Assembly: GCA_963729715.1 (NCBI GenBank)
Contig: CAVSPA010000005.1
Location: 576,001-640,000, forward strand
From: an uncultured delta proteobacterium
Lineage (GTDB): Bacteria > Desulfobacterota > Syntrophia > Syntrophales > UBA2185
DNA: 64,000 nt
Direction of reading: 5' to 3'
Shown one piece after another: positions 1 to 9,987 of this stretch. Every line of letters starts with the position of its first letter. Position 1 is the stretch's first letter. Position numbers and translations under genes: made by a program. A model generated the notes under the pieces. That model had not been told where the DNA came from. It saw only the letters and a program-made list of their open reading frames with translations, and did not search any database.

Positions 1-169
1 CGTGGCCCAGGACCAGCGGCGCCTTGCGAATACGATACCATTCCATGACATCGCTGCCGCATATGCCGCTCGCTATGACCCTTACCAGAATCTCGCCGGG
101 GCCGATTTTCGGCTTCGGCAACTCTTGCAGCCTCACGTCCCTGTTATTGTAGTACATTGCCACGCGCAT
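1..169 (-). CDS. Zinc-dependent medium-chain alcohol/polyol dehydrogenase, N-terminal part (runs off window)
   Basis: Not in ORF track; my translation from ATG 169: MRVAMYYNNRDVRLQELPKPKIGPGEILVRVIASGICGSDVMEWYRIRKAPLVLGH. Contains the GICGSD and GH(E) zinc-ligand motifs of MDR family. Confidence 0.9.
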   Translation of the reverse strand, partial: MRVAMYYNNRDVRLQELPKPKIGPGEILVRVIASGICGSDVMEWYRIRKAPLVLGH

Positions 170-206
170 AGATTTGCAACCCGATCAGGTTATTGCCGTT
201 CGTTAC

Positions 207-992
207 TTATTCTTTTAAACTGTTGAAAAGATCCCATGCTTCCTTGGCCGTGTATTTCTCATGAATGATGGACCGCAATGCCCTTATCATGGCTACCGGG
301 CAGGGATTCTGCCACACGTTTCTTCCGAGGTTGATGCCGATGGCGCCGTTCTGCATGCCGTCATATACAAACTCCATGACTTCGAGTTCCGTTTCACATT
401 TCGGACCGCCCGCCATAACTACCGGGACGGGGCAGCCGCATACGACCCTGTCGAAGTCTTTGCACCAGTAGGTTTTCACCACCCGCGCCCCGAGCTCCGC
501 GGCGATGCGGGAGCTGAGTCCCAGATACCTGGCGTCGCGCTTTTCCAATTCCTTGCCTACGGCCGTGACGGCCATTACAGGGATACCGAAATTCTCGCAT
601 TCGTTGACAAGCCCTGAGAGGTTAGTCAGAGACTCGCGTTCGTAGTCACTCCCTACGAAGATGGAAATTCCCACAGCAGCCGCATTTAGGCGGATAATCT
701 CCTCTATGGATGTGGTAATGCTTTCATTTGCGAGGTCCTTGCCAACGACGCTGGTGCCTCCGGATACCCTGAGGATAACGGGTTTGCTCCCTACGGGATC
801 TACTGCCGCCCGCAATACACCCCTCGTTACAAAGATGGCGTCGCAATAGGGAAGGAGCGGTGCTATGGTTTCTCCGGGCTTTTCCAGGCATGACGTCGGA
901 CCCTGAAAATAACCGTGGTCTATGGGAAGAAAAAAACAATGGCCATCAGCCTGGATGAGCTGTGACATACGGTTCTGCATTCCCCAATCCAT
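207..992 (-). CDS. lsrF: LsrF-like thiolase/class I aldolase (DhnA family)
   Basis: MDWGMQNRM start, IDHGYFQGP, RIAAELGA.VVKTY, AGGPK, GRNVWQ motifs; ATG 992 follows GGAGG RBS. Confidence 0.85.
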   Translation of the reverse strand: MDWGMQNRMSQLIQADGHCFFLPIDHGYFQGPTSCLEKPGETIAPLLPYCDAIFVTRGVLRAAVDPVGSKPVILRVSGGTSVVGKDLANESITTSIEEIIRLNAAAVGISIFVGSDYERESLTNLSGLVNECENFGIPVMAVTAVGKELEKRDARYLGLSSRIAAELGARVVKTYWCKDFDRVVCGCPVPVVMAGGPKCETELEVMEFVYDGMQNGAIGINLGRNVWQNPCPVAMIRALRSIIHEKYTAKEAWDLFNSLKE

Positions 993-1108
993 TTTCAATT
1001 CCTCCAAAAAGTGAAGTTGTATTCTCTTCTAATAAGACATTGTTCTTGACAAATATATTTTAATTATTGATTATTTTCAATATAAAGCTGCTTAAATGAA
1101 GCCCCGTC

Positions 1109-1134
1109 TGCTATTGGTTGATTTGCCAATAGCA
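1109..1134. promoter_or_regulatory. Inverted repeat in divergent intergenic region (possible operator or hairpin)
   Basis: TGCTATTGG-N8-CCAATAGCA, perfect 9-bp arms between divergent lsrF and metallophosphoesterase genes. Confidence 0.35.
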
Positions 1135-1280
1135 AGCGCTAACAATCCTCCGACCTCGGCAGTAACGATGCCTGCACCAGCTAAAGTTCATGCCGGGAGA
1201 GAGCCGCCTTTCGCCGGGCCGACTCGCGGCAATATTAGAAAGAGAAGACGGTAAATCGTGTTTTATCTGTCGAGATATCA

Positions 1281-2435
1281 ATGAGCCTTTTCCTACTTAC
1301 CTTTTTCCTCATCTACGGCGGCGTACATCTTTATCTTTTTGCGAAGATCAAAGGGGCATTTCATTTAGGCGCCGCAGGTAATGTAATCCTCGTCATTATC
1401 CTTATTTTCATGATCCTCGCCCCCATCCTCGTGCGGATGTCCGAGCGGTATGGCTACGAGACCCTCGCTTCCATCATGGCGCACACGGGATATATATGGA
1501 TGGGCGTGTTGTTCCTGTTCTTCATCTCTTCCCTTCTTCTCGACATATACCATCTCCTCGTCCGTGCAGGCGCCCTCGTTTCGCACAGGGATTTATCGCA
1601 TCTCGTCCTTTCACCGGTATATGCATTTCTCTTGCCCCTTATAGTTTCATTGGCCGTCAATGTGTACGGCTATTTTGAGGCGAAGGATATCCGGACGGAA
1701 ATGCTGACCATAGCGTCTCCCAAAATCCCTGAAGCGGCAGGAAGGATACGGATCGTACAGATATCCGACGTCCATATAGGGATCATCGTGAAGGGGGAAC
1801 GCCTGAAGTACATCGTCGAAGAGGTGAAGAAAGCACAGCCGGACATCCTCGTATCGACAGGGGACCTCGTGGATGGACAGATAGACACTCTCACGGAGAA
1901 CGCGGCACTTCTGCGCGACATACAGCCCCGGTACGGCAAATTCGCCATCACGGGCAATCATGAATTCTACGCGGGTCTCGACGAGGCCCTCGATTTCACG
2001 CGGGCCGCAGGATTTGCGGTTCTCCGGGAAGAAGGCGTTGACGCAGCCGGAGTTATTAATATCGCCGGTGTCGATGATCCCACGGTAGACTCTCTCGGCC
2101 TTCCCCAAGAGATTTCGGAGGTGAAATTGCTGTCAGGACTTTCCCGCGAGCGCTTCACGGTGCTTCTCAAACACAGGCCGGTAATAGAAAAAGACAGTAT
2201 CGGGAGATTTGATCTCCAGCTTTCCGGGCACACCCACAACGGCCAGATCTTCCCGTTCAACTTTGTTGTGAGGCGCTTTTATCCACTCATTACGGGATAC
2301 TTCAACCTGCCGAATGATGCGCATCTGTACGTAAACAGGGGAACGGGCACATGGGGGCCGCCGATCCGGTTTCTATCACCCCCGGAAATCACTGTGATCG
2401 ACCTGATACACGGAAGAACCGACAAAACGAAATGA
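1281..2435 (+). CDS. Membrane-bound metallophosphoesterase (YkuE/YaeI-like)
   Basis: N-terminal TM helices; SDVH, TGDLVD, GNHE, LKHRP, SGHTHNGQ calcineurin-like motifs. Confidence 0.92.
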   Translation: MSLFLLTFFLIYGGVHLYLFAKIKGAFHLGAAGNVILVIILIFMILAPILVRMSERYGYETLASIMAHTGYIWMGVLFLFFISSLLLDIYHLLVRAGALVSHRDLSHLVLSPVYAFLLPLIVSLAVNVYGYFEAKDIRTEMLTIASPKIPEAAGRIRIVQISDVHIGIIVKGERLKYIVEEVKKAQPDILVSTGDLVDGQIDTLTENAALLRDIQPRYGKFAITGNHEFYAGLDEALDFTRAAGFAVLREEGVDAAGVINIAGVDDPTVDSLGLPQEISEVKLLSGLSRERFTVLLKHRPVIEKDSIGRFDLQLSGHTHNGQIFPFNFVVRRFYPLITGYFNLPNDAHLYVNRGTGTWGPPIRFLSPPEITVIDLIHGRTDKTK

Positions 2436-2644
2436 TCAATAAAAAGAAAATATTGTTGAACACTTTATGGTTCCTGATAGGCATGGCCGTTGCCGTCTTC
2501 CCTGTGCTGCTGTTCGAGAAGTGCTCGGAAGTAAGGAAACCGGAGACCAGGGAGACCCCTGGCCGGAAACAAGGTGCCGTCGATCATCCCGGCAACAAGC
2601 AAACCATATGCGGGAATCCGATGATCGCCCGTCATGCAGTGTAA
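2432..2644 (+). CDS. Small membrane-anchored hypothetical protein
   Basis: ATGA overlap with upstream stop; MINKKKILLNTLWFLIGMAVAVFPVLLF hydrophobic N-terminus. Confidence 0.45.
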   Translation: MINKKKILLNTLWFLIGMAVAVFPVLLFEKCSEVRKPETRETPGRKQGAVDHPGNKQTICGNPMIARHAV

Positions 2645-2683
2645 GATCAGTTTTAATTCCCGAAAGAAAGGGGGAAACAGACA

Positions 2684-3259
2684 ATGAAAAAGTTTTTCAT
2701 CTTTCTATCCATATTGATCATTTCCTTCAGCATGTCAAAAGGAGCATCGGCAGATCTCATCGATATGGGCGACGGCACGGTTTATGACACGGATACCGAC
2801 ATCACCTGGTATAAGCATCCGAACAATTATCCCATGACCTGGGATGAGGCGATGAAATGGGCCGCGATCCTCAATGTCGCAGGCTTTCGCGATTGGCGGC
2901 TCCCCGTAACTCCGGGGACGGAATACGACTACACAAATGAAGGCGAGATGGGACGGCTTTATTACGATACGTTGGATAATGATGAGGACGGCCCATTGAC
3001 AAATAAGGGGCCGCTTTCAGAACTCCAGCCCTACGATTACTGGTCCGGCACGGAGTTTCAGGACAATACCGCCGACTACGCGTGGGCCTTCGATTTCAGA
3101 ACCGGCAGACAGCGCTCGATGGCAAAGGACAGCACTGCCTACGCAATAGCCGTGCACTCCGGCGGCGGCAGTCCGCCGAGGGTCCCCCCTCGTGAAAAGA
3201 ACTATAAACCTTCGCCGGAGCATTCGCCGGAAGAAGGCGGCGGCAAGTCTTCATACTGA
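2684..3259 (+). CDS. Secreted DUF1566 (Lcl C-terminal-like) protein
   Basis: Signal peptide, GDGTVYDTDTDITW, TWDEA, DWRLP, YWSGT, AWAFDF motifs. Confidence 0.8.
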   Translation: MKKFFIFLSILIISFSMSKGASADLIDMGDGTVYDTDTDITWYKHPNNYPMTWDEAMKWAAILNVAGFRDWRLPVTPGTEYDYTNEGEMGRLYYDTLDNDEDGPLTNKGPLSELQPYDYWSGTEFQDNTADYAWAFDFRTGRQRSMAKDSTAYAIAVHSGGGSPPRVPPREKNYKPSPEHSPEEGGGKSSY

Positions 3260-3316
3260 CTGTTCTAACATGATATGCGGAATCGATACCGCGAAAAAGA
3301 ATCCGCGTATCCCCTG

Positions 3317-3784
3317 CTACTTGCCACTCTCCGGGAGCTGCACCATTACTACTTCGCCTTTCGCGCGAATCTCGCCCTCTGCAGATAGAGTGACGCTCAC
3401 AGTGACCTTCCTGCCCTCGATCTCCTTAACCCTGCCCCTGATTTCCAGGACCGGTCCCATCGGCGTTGGTTTTAGAAAATCAACTTTTATAGATGCTGAA
3501 ACAAAGCGGGAAATCGGCCGGTTATCGAGAGAAAATCCTTCCGCACGCAATTTGGCCGCCGATGCAGTAGCGGCGCCGTGACAATCCATCAATGAAGCGA
3601 TAAACCCGCCATAGACGTATCCGGGAAACCCGCCCGTGTAGAAAGTCTTGGGCGTATAATGACAGACGCTTTCTTCACCGTCCCAGTAACTCTTGATTTG
3701 CAGACCGTCTTTATTGAGCCTGCCGCAGCCGAAGCAATGAGCAAACTCATCAGGATAATAATCTTGAAATGCCCCATGCGTCAT
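3317..3784 (-). CDS. PaaI/hotdog-fold thioesterase
   Basis: HCFGCG, YGGFIASLMDCH, VDFLKPTP. Confidence 0.85.
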   Translation of the reverse strand: MTHGAFQDYYPDEFAHCFGCGRLNKDGLQIKSYWDGEESVCHYTPKTFYTGGFPGYVYGGFIASLMDCHGAATASAAKLRAEGFSLDNRPISRFVSASIKVDFLKPTPMGPVLEIRGRVKEIEGRKVTVSVTLSAEGEIRAKGEVVMVQLPESGK

Positions 3785-3793
3785 AATCTACTC

Positions 3794-4147
3794 CTATGGA
3801 TGGACTTCTTCTTCCTTTACGATCTCTTTTTTAATGATAGACAGAAGTTCCTGAAGAACGGGCATCACATCTGTTCTGAATCTTCCCGCAACGAGAACAT
3901 ACATAATGTCATCTCCTACGTTCAATATACCTTGATTGATCCACACCCTGATGTCTTCAATTCCATCCCGTCTCTTGAATTCGTTTACGCAAGAATCCAG
4001 CTTCTGTTTATCGAAGGACAACATCATGCCTCTTACGGGCTTCCCTCCCTTTGACGACGCCCTCACTATGCCATTATGGACAAGTATCATGCCCAATTGT
4101 TCAGGATCGATTCTTGCTTTTATTTCTCTGATCCAGTCATCTACCAT
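3794..4147 (-). CDS. MoaE-family molybdopterin synthase-like protein
   Basis: GMILVHNGIVR, LNVGDDIMYVLVAGRFR, IKKE; start set at MVDDWI after GGAGG. Confidence 0.8.
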   Translation of the reverse strand: MVDDWIREIKARIDPEQLGMILVHNGIVRASSKGGKPVRGMMLSFDKQKLDSCVNEFKRRDGIEDIRVWINQGILNVGDDIMYVLVAGRFRTDVMPVLQELLSIIKKEIVKEEEVHP

Positions 4148-4231
4148 CTTATCGCCTTCCTCCGGTTGTAAGGAAAACGGTGAACTCCCGTACGGTTCCA
4201 TCGGATAAGTTCTTCACAGCTCTCGCCGACG

Positions 4232-4651
4232 TCATTCCCTCACACAGTCGATCTCAGCAGAGTAGGGCTTGATGTCGAGCACCGGCGTTCCGTCAAAGGC
4301 ATCAAGGCCTCTCACGATGAGCCTGGCGCCGTCACCGCCGAGAAGATCTACTACTGCAAGTCCAACCGGATTCGGGCGGTCGGGCGAGCGCGTGGCAAAT
4401 ACTCCATGTTCTTTTTTTGAATGGGGCGGTGTGGCGCTGAGCGTGCCGCGGTCCGCCTTGTCAAGCCAGTACAGTATGATCAAATGCGGCCGCTCTGCGA
4501 TATCCTTCAGTCCCTCGGCAAATTCCGGAAAGATTTCAATCTCGCTTATTGTGGGAGAAAGCCTGCCCTGGTGCGGCGCATCGCCCTTCACCCGGTAAGG
4601 CGAGTGTATCACGCCAATGGGAACTAGTTCCAACACTCTTGTGGTATTCAT
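4232..4651 (-). CDS. tsaA: tRNA m6t6A37 methyltransferase TrmO/TsaA-family protein
   Basis: PIGVIHSPY, GVFATRSPDRPNPVG, GLDAFDGTPVLDIKPY. Confidence 0.9.
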   Translation of the reverse strand: MNTTRVLELVPIGVIHSPYRVKGDAPHQGRLSPTISEIEIFPEFAEGLKDIAERPHLIILYWLDKADRGTLSATPPHSKKEHGVFATRSPDRPNPVGLAVVDLLGGDGARLIVRGLDAFDGTPVLDIKPYSAEIDCVRE

Positions 4652-4690
4652 CTTGAAATCCTTCGCACCGTTCTTGTTGCAATATTTTCT

Positions 4691-5254
4691 TCACATGCCC
4701 CGCTTTTGCAGAGCACGGCAAAACATGACTATGGCTGTGCAGATGATGAAAATCAATATCCAGTGATAGGGGTAACCCCATCCAAGAGCATCGGGAATCG
4801 TGATCTTGCCCCAGTCGCCCCATTGCAGAAGATTATTCCTTAGGTAACTGTATGCTTCGGCGTAAATAGCTGCACCGACAAGCATCCCGGGTATGGCGCC
4901 CAGAAGGGCATCATACCGGCCTTCGGCGATGGACCCTATGCCGGTTGTGGGACAGTATCCTGCCAGCGCAAAACCGACGCCGAATATCAGGCCGCCGATG
5001 ATATTGGCCCCTACTATCGCCGATTTGGGACTCAATTTCACTATCCCTATATCTTTGAAAAAGTAAATGCCGACCATACCCACGACAATTGCCGAGAGCA
5101 TGACCTTCAACATAGTAAAATCGCGCAGGCGAAGCAGTCCGACAATCGTCTCGTAACGCGTCATCCTGCTCTTGTGGATAGTAAAGCCGAAAACAACACC
5201 AAGCGATAACCCCATCAAGAGCTTCCCGGTTGCCGATGCAATAAAGGGCGCCAT
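4691..5254 (-). CDS. YeeE/YedE-family sulfur-compound transporter half (Cys form)
   Basis: Multi-TM; GGLIFGVGFALAGYCPTT motif. Confidence 0.88.
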   Translation of the reverse strand: MAPFIASATGKLLMGLSLGVVFGFTIHKSRMTRYETIVGLLRLRDFTMLKVMLSAIVVGMVGIYFFKDIGIVKLSPKSAIVGANIIGGLIFGVGFALAGYCPTTGIGSIAEGRYDALLGAIPGMLVGAAIYAEAYSYLRNNLLQWGDWGKITIPDALGWGYPYHWILIFIICTAIVMFCRALQKRGM

Positions 5255-5259
5255 TGGTC

Positions 5260-5772
5260 TTATGTCCTCCTATAAAGGATGAGGGCGGTTATAATGCCGG
5301 AGAGAAACATAAAGGGAACGGTGATCCAACTGCTGACTGCGAGCTGCAGGGTCCCACTGACCCCATGACCCAGCGGTCAGCCGTCCGCCATGCGGGCGCC
5401 AAACATGAGAATCACTCCGCCCACGAAGGCAACTGCCCAGCGCTTCCATGGCCTGCCGCCAAATCTCTCTTTCCACATCACGGGCACAAACCTTCTGTAC
5501 AATGTACCGGAGAGCCATGCCGATATGAAAGCTCCGATGAGGACGCCTGCGACGAACATCCATTGCCAGTCGATCATCGGGACTTCCTTCAGATAATATA
5601 GAAGGCTCTTGACATGCTCGGATGCGAAAAGTTTTTCTATCATTCCGGATGTCCTCACATAGGACGTCGAGGCCCCGAGCGGAGCCACCATCAGAAAGGC
5701 GATCCAGCTCAGGACGCCAATTATGGCCCCGCCAATATATGGTGACCAGCTCTCTCGTTTCAACCAGTCCAT
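5260..5772 (-). CDS. YeeE/YedE-family transporter half, selenoprotein (Sec132)
   Basis: ORF track stops at TGA 5377-5379, but frame continues: FGARMADG-U-PLGHGVSGTLQLAVSSWITVPFMFLSGIITALILYRRT-TAA(5260), 170 aa. TGA is at the Cys of the GARLAGGCTSGHG motif; the extension ends 5 nt before the next ATG. Confidence 0.88.
5348..5364 (-). promoter_or_regulatory. Putative SECIS element for YeeE Sec codon
   Basis: mRNA GGGGUC-AGUGG-GACCCU hairpin; loop begins 18 nt after UGA. Confidence 0.6.
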
Positions 5773-5785
5773 AAGGTTTGCCTCC

Positions 5786-6412
5786 TTATTGTTTCCGTCC
5801 GATTATCAGGAAGACCGTGAATTCCCGCGACCGTCCATCTGCCGTCTCTCTTACAACGCTTGCCGCCGTCACATCCCACACGTCCTGAAACCCGCCCGCA
5901 ATGAGAAGCCGACGCATCTCCGCTCTGTCAAAACCAAAATGGACTACACCTGTCTTGTCTCTGTGAAATTCACCTTCGTCGGAATCCAGGTCGGCAATAC
6001 ATAATTGTCCTCCCGGCAAGAGGCAATTATAGAATTCATGGAAGATGTAGCCGAGATCCTCGACATGATGTAGGGTCATGCTGCAGACAACGAGGTGATA
6101 TTTATTTTTCAGCTCTATGCTCTTTTCCGGATCGATGAATTCGGTTTTGACATTGGCGAGCTTCCGCTCCGCGATCTTGGATTTAAGGACATCGAGCATG
6201 CCGTGAGACGAGTCGGCGCCTGTAATGGTTCTTACAAAAGGTTGAAGCTGCAGCGTAACCAGGCCCGTTCCGCACCCGAAATCAAGGACGTCCATGTCGC
6301 CGTTAGGCTTGATCCCGCTCATTATAGCTTTTGCCACGTCCTGCGCGAGCTTTACCCGCCCGGGCTTCAGATCATAGGATGCAGCGTCCTTGTCGAAATC
6401 CCTCTTTTCCAT
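5786..6412 (-). CDS. Class I SAM-dependent methyltransferase
   Basis: VLDFGCGTG, SMTLHH, LLPGGQLCIAD. Confidence 0.9.
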   Translation of the reverse strand: MEKRDFDKDAASYDLKPGRVKLAQDVAKAIMSGIKPNGDMDVLDFGCGTGLVTLQLQPFVRTITGADSSHGMLDVLKSKIAERKLANVKTEFIDPEKSIELKNKYHLVVCSMTLHHVEDLGYIFHEFYNCLLPGGQLCIADLDSDEGEFHRDKTGVVHFGFDRAEMRRLLIAGGFQDVWDVTAASVVRETADGRSREFTVFLIIGRKQ

Positions 6413-6468
6413 ATCCTTTGATAAATAATATTGATTACTTTTTCAAGGATGGATTTTCTGTCGCGCGA

Positions 6469-8160
6469 CTATTTTAACACTTTTACCTCAAACGGCCATC
6501 CCACGATGCCGCCTTCGATGAACTGCACCCTGTCAAATCCGGCGGCATTCAGAATCCGCTGCGCCTCATAGCCGCGCAGACTGATCTTGCAGAAAGCCAT
6601 GATGTCTTTATCTTTGGGCAGTTCCGCGGCCTTGCCTCTCAGCGCTCCCAGCGGGATGTGGAGAACGTCGTAAGGCAACTGATTGATTTCGAATTCGGCG
6701 GGAGTGCGCACATCGAGCAGAAGGACATCTCCCTTATCGATCCTCTTCTTGGCTTCGAATGCAGAAATGCCCTTGGCAAAACCGTCAAGCTTGTTGGTCA
6801 ACATGTGCGCGCATGCGGCCAGAGGATCAAGCGCCGTGCTGTACGGCGGCGCATAACCGAAGTCCACATCGGCAAGCTGATCCAGTGTGCCTCCCATCAA
6901 TATCATGCCAGCGGCCACGTCCAGACGCTTTGCGCCGTTGCCGGGGCCTGCCACCTGGACACCGATGAGCTTTCTATCCCTTCTCGATGCGATCATCTTT
7001 ATCACCAGAGGTTTATGCTCCCGCATATAGTGAGGCAAATCCGGGCCCGCAAGTGTGAATGTCTCTATGTCCATATTTAATTCCCGGGCCTGTTTTTCCG
7101 TGAGACCGGTTCTTCCAATGGTAAAATCAAAAGCCCGCACGATGGATGTGCACGTGATGCCCTTGAAGGGCGTGGGAACGCCCGCAATATGGTTGGCGAT
7201 GACCCTGCCGTGCTTGTTTGCCGTCGATCCGAGGGGCACGTAAAGAAAAGCGCCAACGCTGCCGTTAACGTAGCTGTTTACCGCGCAATCGCCACCCGCG
7301 TAGATATCTTTATTGCTCGTCTGGCAATACTCGTTGATGACGACTCCACCCTGCTTCGTACACAGAATCCCGGCCTCCCTCGCCAGTTTATCATTGGGCC
7401 GTGTCCCGACGGCAACGATCACGACGTCCGCCGGGATGCTCTGCTTGTCGGTCTTGACGGCAGTTGCCTTCTCCTTGCCTTCAATGCCGTTCACGCATTC
7501 ACCCAAAACAAGCTTTACGCCTTTCTGACGCAGGTGTTTGGCGGCAAACGTGGCGACGTCCTTATCGAGAACGCCCGGCATGATCTGATCTATCATTTCG
7601 ACAACCGTCACATCGAGTCCCTGTTGAACCAGCGCCTCCGCCATCTCGACGCCGATAAATCCGGCCCCCACGAGGACCGCCTTCTTCAGGCCCTGCTCTG
7701 CAATCTCCTTCTTCAGGCTGACGACGTGATCCGGGTGCGAAATAAACCACACATTCTTAAGATCGAGGCCGGGAACGTTCGGACGGCACGGAGACCCGCC
7801 TGTCGCCAAGACCAGTTTGTCGTAGGCCATGTCTTCTTCAGCGCCTGTTTCCAGGTTTTTTACGCGCACGGACTTTTTCGCCGGATCGATTTTCAGCACC
7901 TCCATTTGTATCAGCACCCGCACGCCTTTCGCCTTCTCGAAAAAGGCGGGGGTTCTCAGAACGCCGACCGGCGTCTTGTTCAGTTCACTGACGTCCGAGA
8001 ATAAACCCTCCACATAATAAGGGAGGCCGCAGGCACCGTAAGAAATGATTTTGCCCTTTTCAATTATGGTAATTTCCGCGTCAGGACGGAGACGCTTCAG
8101 CCTTGATGCAGCCTTTGGCCCGCAGGCCACCCCACCGATAACAAGTATTTTAAACGACAT
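6469..8160 (-). CDS. CoA-disulfide/persulfide reductase with C-terminal rhodanese domain (Npsr/CoADR-RHD-like)
   Basis: GGVACG FAD motif, SYGACGLPY active Cys, GAGFIG, YAPPYS, rhodanese LLDVRTPAEF...FCKISLRG. Confidence 0.9.
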   Translation of the reverse strand: MSFKILVIGGVACGPKAASRLKRLRPDAEITIIEKGKIISYGACGLPYYVEGLFSDVSELNKTPVGVLRTPAFFEKAKGVRVLIQMEVLKIDPAKKSVRVKNLETGAEEDMAYDKLVLATGGSPCRPNVPGLDLKNVWFISHPDHVVSLKKEIAEQGLKKAVLVGAGFIGVEMAEALVQQGLDVTVVEMIDQIMPGVLDKDVATFAAKHLRQKGVKLVLGECVNGIEGKEKATAVKTDKQSIPADVVIVAVGTRPNDKLAREAGILCTKQGGVVINEYCQTSNKDIYAGGDCAVNSYVNGSVGAFLYVPLGSTANKHGRVIANHIAGVPTPFKGITCTSIVRAFDFTIGRTGLTEKQARELNMDIETFTLAGPDLPHYMREHKPLVIKMIASRRDRKLIGVQVAGPGNGAKRLDVAAGMILMGGTLDQLADVDFGYAPPYSTALDPLAACAHMLTNKLDGFAKGISAFEAKKRIDKGDVLLLDVRTPAEFEINQLPYDVLHIPLGALRGKAAELPKDKDIMAFCKISLRGYEAQRILNAAGFDRVQFIEGGIVGWPFEVKVLK

Positions 8161-8260
8161 AATTTTTCTCCTTTATTTTGCAGTTTTCTCAAGCAGCCGC
8201 ATCAACGATAAGCACAATAACTCCTTACGGCCTCGCGGCATGGCTTTGGTTCTTTCGGTA

Positions 8261-8698
8261 TCATGGCTGCCCTCTTCTTCTTCCAACAGCGAAGTCCCTC
8301 AATGCTCTATGCAGTGTCGTGGCGGCGAGAAGGGCACAATGCCTGGCTTCTTCCGGCATCCCTCCCAGATGCTCCAGGATGGCATTCTGGTTGATCCTGA
8401 TGCAGTCCTTCGGGGCTTTCCCCTTAGCCATCACTGTGGCAGCCGAGACAGCGGCATGGGATGCCATGCAACCATCTGTGGTATATCGGACGTCTTCAAT
8501 TCTGCCGCTTTTCACCCGTAGAAATATTTCTACCGTATCCCCGCATGGTCCGGTTATCTTTGCATAGCCGTCCGGCTTTTTTATTGTACCGCAATTTCTC
8601 GGGTTAGTCCCGTAATCAATGACTCTTCCGGAAAAAAGATTCTTGGTTTTTTCCAAGAGCAAATCCATCATTTCTTTTTTGATCTCGTCTTCTTCCAC
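8261..8698 (-). CDS. NifU/IscU N-terminal-domain protein
   Basis: NPRNCG, GPCGD, DGC, RHCALLA. Confidence 0.85.
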   Translation of the reverse strand: MEEDEIKKEMMDLLLEKTKNLFSGRVIDYGTNPRNCGTIKKPDGYAKITGPCGDTVEIFLRVKSGRIEDVRYTTDGCMASHAAVSAATVMAKGKAPKDCIRINQNAILEHLGGMPEEARHCALLAATTLHRALRDFAVGRRRGQP

Positions 8699-8734
8699 TT
8701 CCTTAATCCTGCCTGCGATTCCTCTGCGGGGCGC

Positions 8735-8983
8735 TTATTTGTGACATGCCGCCCCCTGCGCACACGGCGCCGTGTCGCACCGCTCCTCTCTGCCGCAGCA
8801 GGTCCTGCCTCCTCGAGAACCCATTATCTGACCTATTCTCGATGTGACCCCCTTCGACAGGATTCTCTTTAAGTCTTCATTTCCGCAGACACGGCACCTC
8901 CTCGCGGTTTGCTCCTCCGTCATACCTTCAAGCAACTCGGAGATTCCGCCGCATGCGGTGCATTCATACTCATAAATCGGCAT
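8735..8983 (-). CDS. FmdB-family zinc-ribbon protein
   Basis: MPIYEYECTACG...CRVCG, Cys-rich tail. Confidence 0.85.
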   Translation of the reverse strand: MPIYEYECTACGGISELLEGMTEEQTARRCRVCGNEDLKRILSKGVTSRIGQIMGSRGGRTCCGREERCDTAPCAQGAACHK

Positions 8984-8999
8984 AGTGCAAAAGACCTCT

Positions 9000-9878
9000 C
9001 TATTTCTTTGTCATTCCTAAAATCGGTTTGACGGCTTTGACAAAGGCCTTGGCCGCAGAGGTTTTCCCGTAATGATAGATAAATGGTTTCCCGTTGTCCG
9101 AAGCCTCCACGATCAGCGGTTCTATGGGAATGCGCCCGAGAAAGGGAACTCCCATTTCGCCTGCCATTTTTTCGCCACCTCCACGCTTAAAGACATCGAC
9201 GCCTTTCCCGCAGTGCGGGCAGACGAGACCGCTCATGTTTTCAATCACCCCCAGGACGGGAACTTTCAACTGTTTACAGAAATCTATGGATTTTCGCACG
9301 TCGATGAGAGACAAATCCTGGGGCGTGGTCACAATAACGGCGCCGTCTGCGTCAGGAATCATTTGAGCCACGGAAAGGGGTTCATCTCCCGTGCCCGGAG
9401 GAAAGTCAATAACGAGGTAATCGAGATGACCCCAATTCACCTCCGTCAAAAGCTGTTTTATGACATTGACCTTCATGGGGCCTCTCCAGATCACGGCCCT
9501 GTTCTGTTCAGGCATAAAGAATCCTATGGACATTACTTTTATTCCTTCCACAAAATCCACAGGGTTAATGCCTTCATCGCCGGTTTTCACCGACTTCCCA
9601 TTGAGATGGAGCAGAGTGGGGATACTGGGACCATGCAAGTCTACATCCAGAATTCCCACCTGTTTTCCTTGCATGGCCAGGGCAACGGCGATATTAACCG
9701 CCACAGTGCTCTTGCCGACGCCGCCCTTCCCGGACAGCACCATGATCTTATGATCGATCTGCGCCATACGATTTGCCAGTGTTACATCTTCGGTACTGTC
9801 ATTTAATCTATTATCAGGTTCCTTGTATTTGCCTTGACAACCCTGGTCTTCACCGGAATTGTTTTTCTTACACTCCAT
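9000..9878 (-). CDS. Mrp/NBP35 Fe-S carrier ATPase
   Basis: SGKGGVGKST, DVDLHGPS, WRGPM, DFPPGTGD, ENMS..CPHC; start moved to ATG 9878 (GAGGAG RBS) to avoid overlap with the upstream gene. Confidence 0.92.
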   Translation of the reverse strand: MECKKNNSGEDQGCQGKYKEPDNRLNDSTEDVTLANRMAQIDHKIMVLSGKGGVGKSTVAVNIAVALAMQGKQVGILDVDLHGPSIPTLLHLNGKSVKTGDEGINPVDFVEGIKVMSIGFFMPEQNRAVIWRGPMKVNVIKQLLTEVNWGHLDYLVIDFPPGTGDEPLSVAQMIPDADGAVIVTTPQDLSLIDVRKSIDFCKQLKVPVLGVIENMSGLVCPHCGKGVDVFKRGGGEKMAGEMGVPFLGRIPIEPLIVEASDNGKPFIYHYGKTSAAKAFVKAVKPILGMTKK

Positions 9879-9987
9879 TATCATTCTCCTCAGTAATTTT
9901 GTCGCTTTGCTTATTAAACCGCACATCATGATCGCATCCGAGTGGCGCCTGCTGCCATATAGTCTGCGGCCCTCGCACGAAGCAGAA

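Noticed and set aside
1100..1250. Possible riboswitch in lsrF intergenic region (also 39690-39740)
   Set aside because: Hairpins are present but I could not match fluoride, c-di-GMP, cobalamin or SAM consensus elements.
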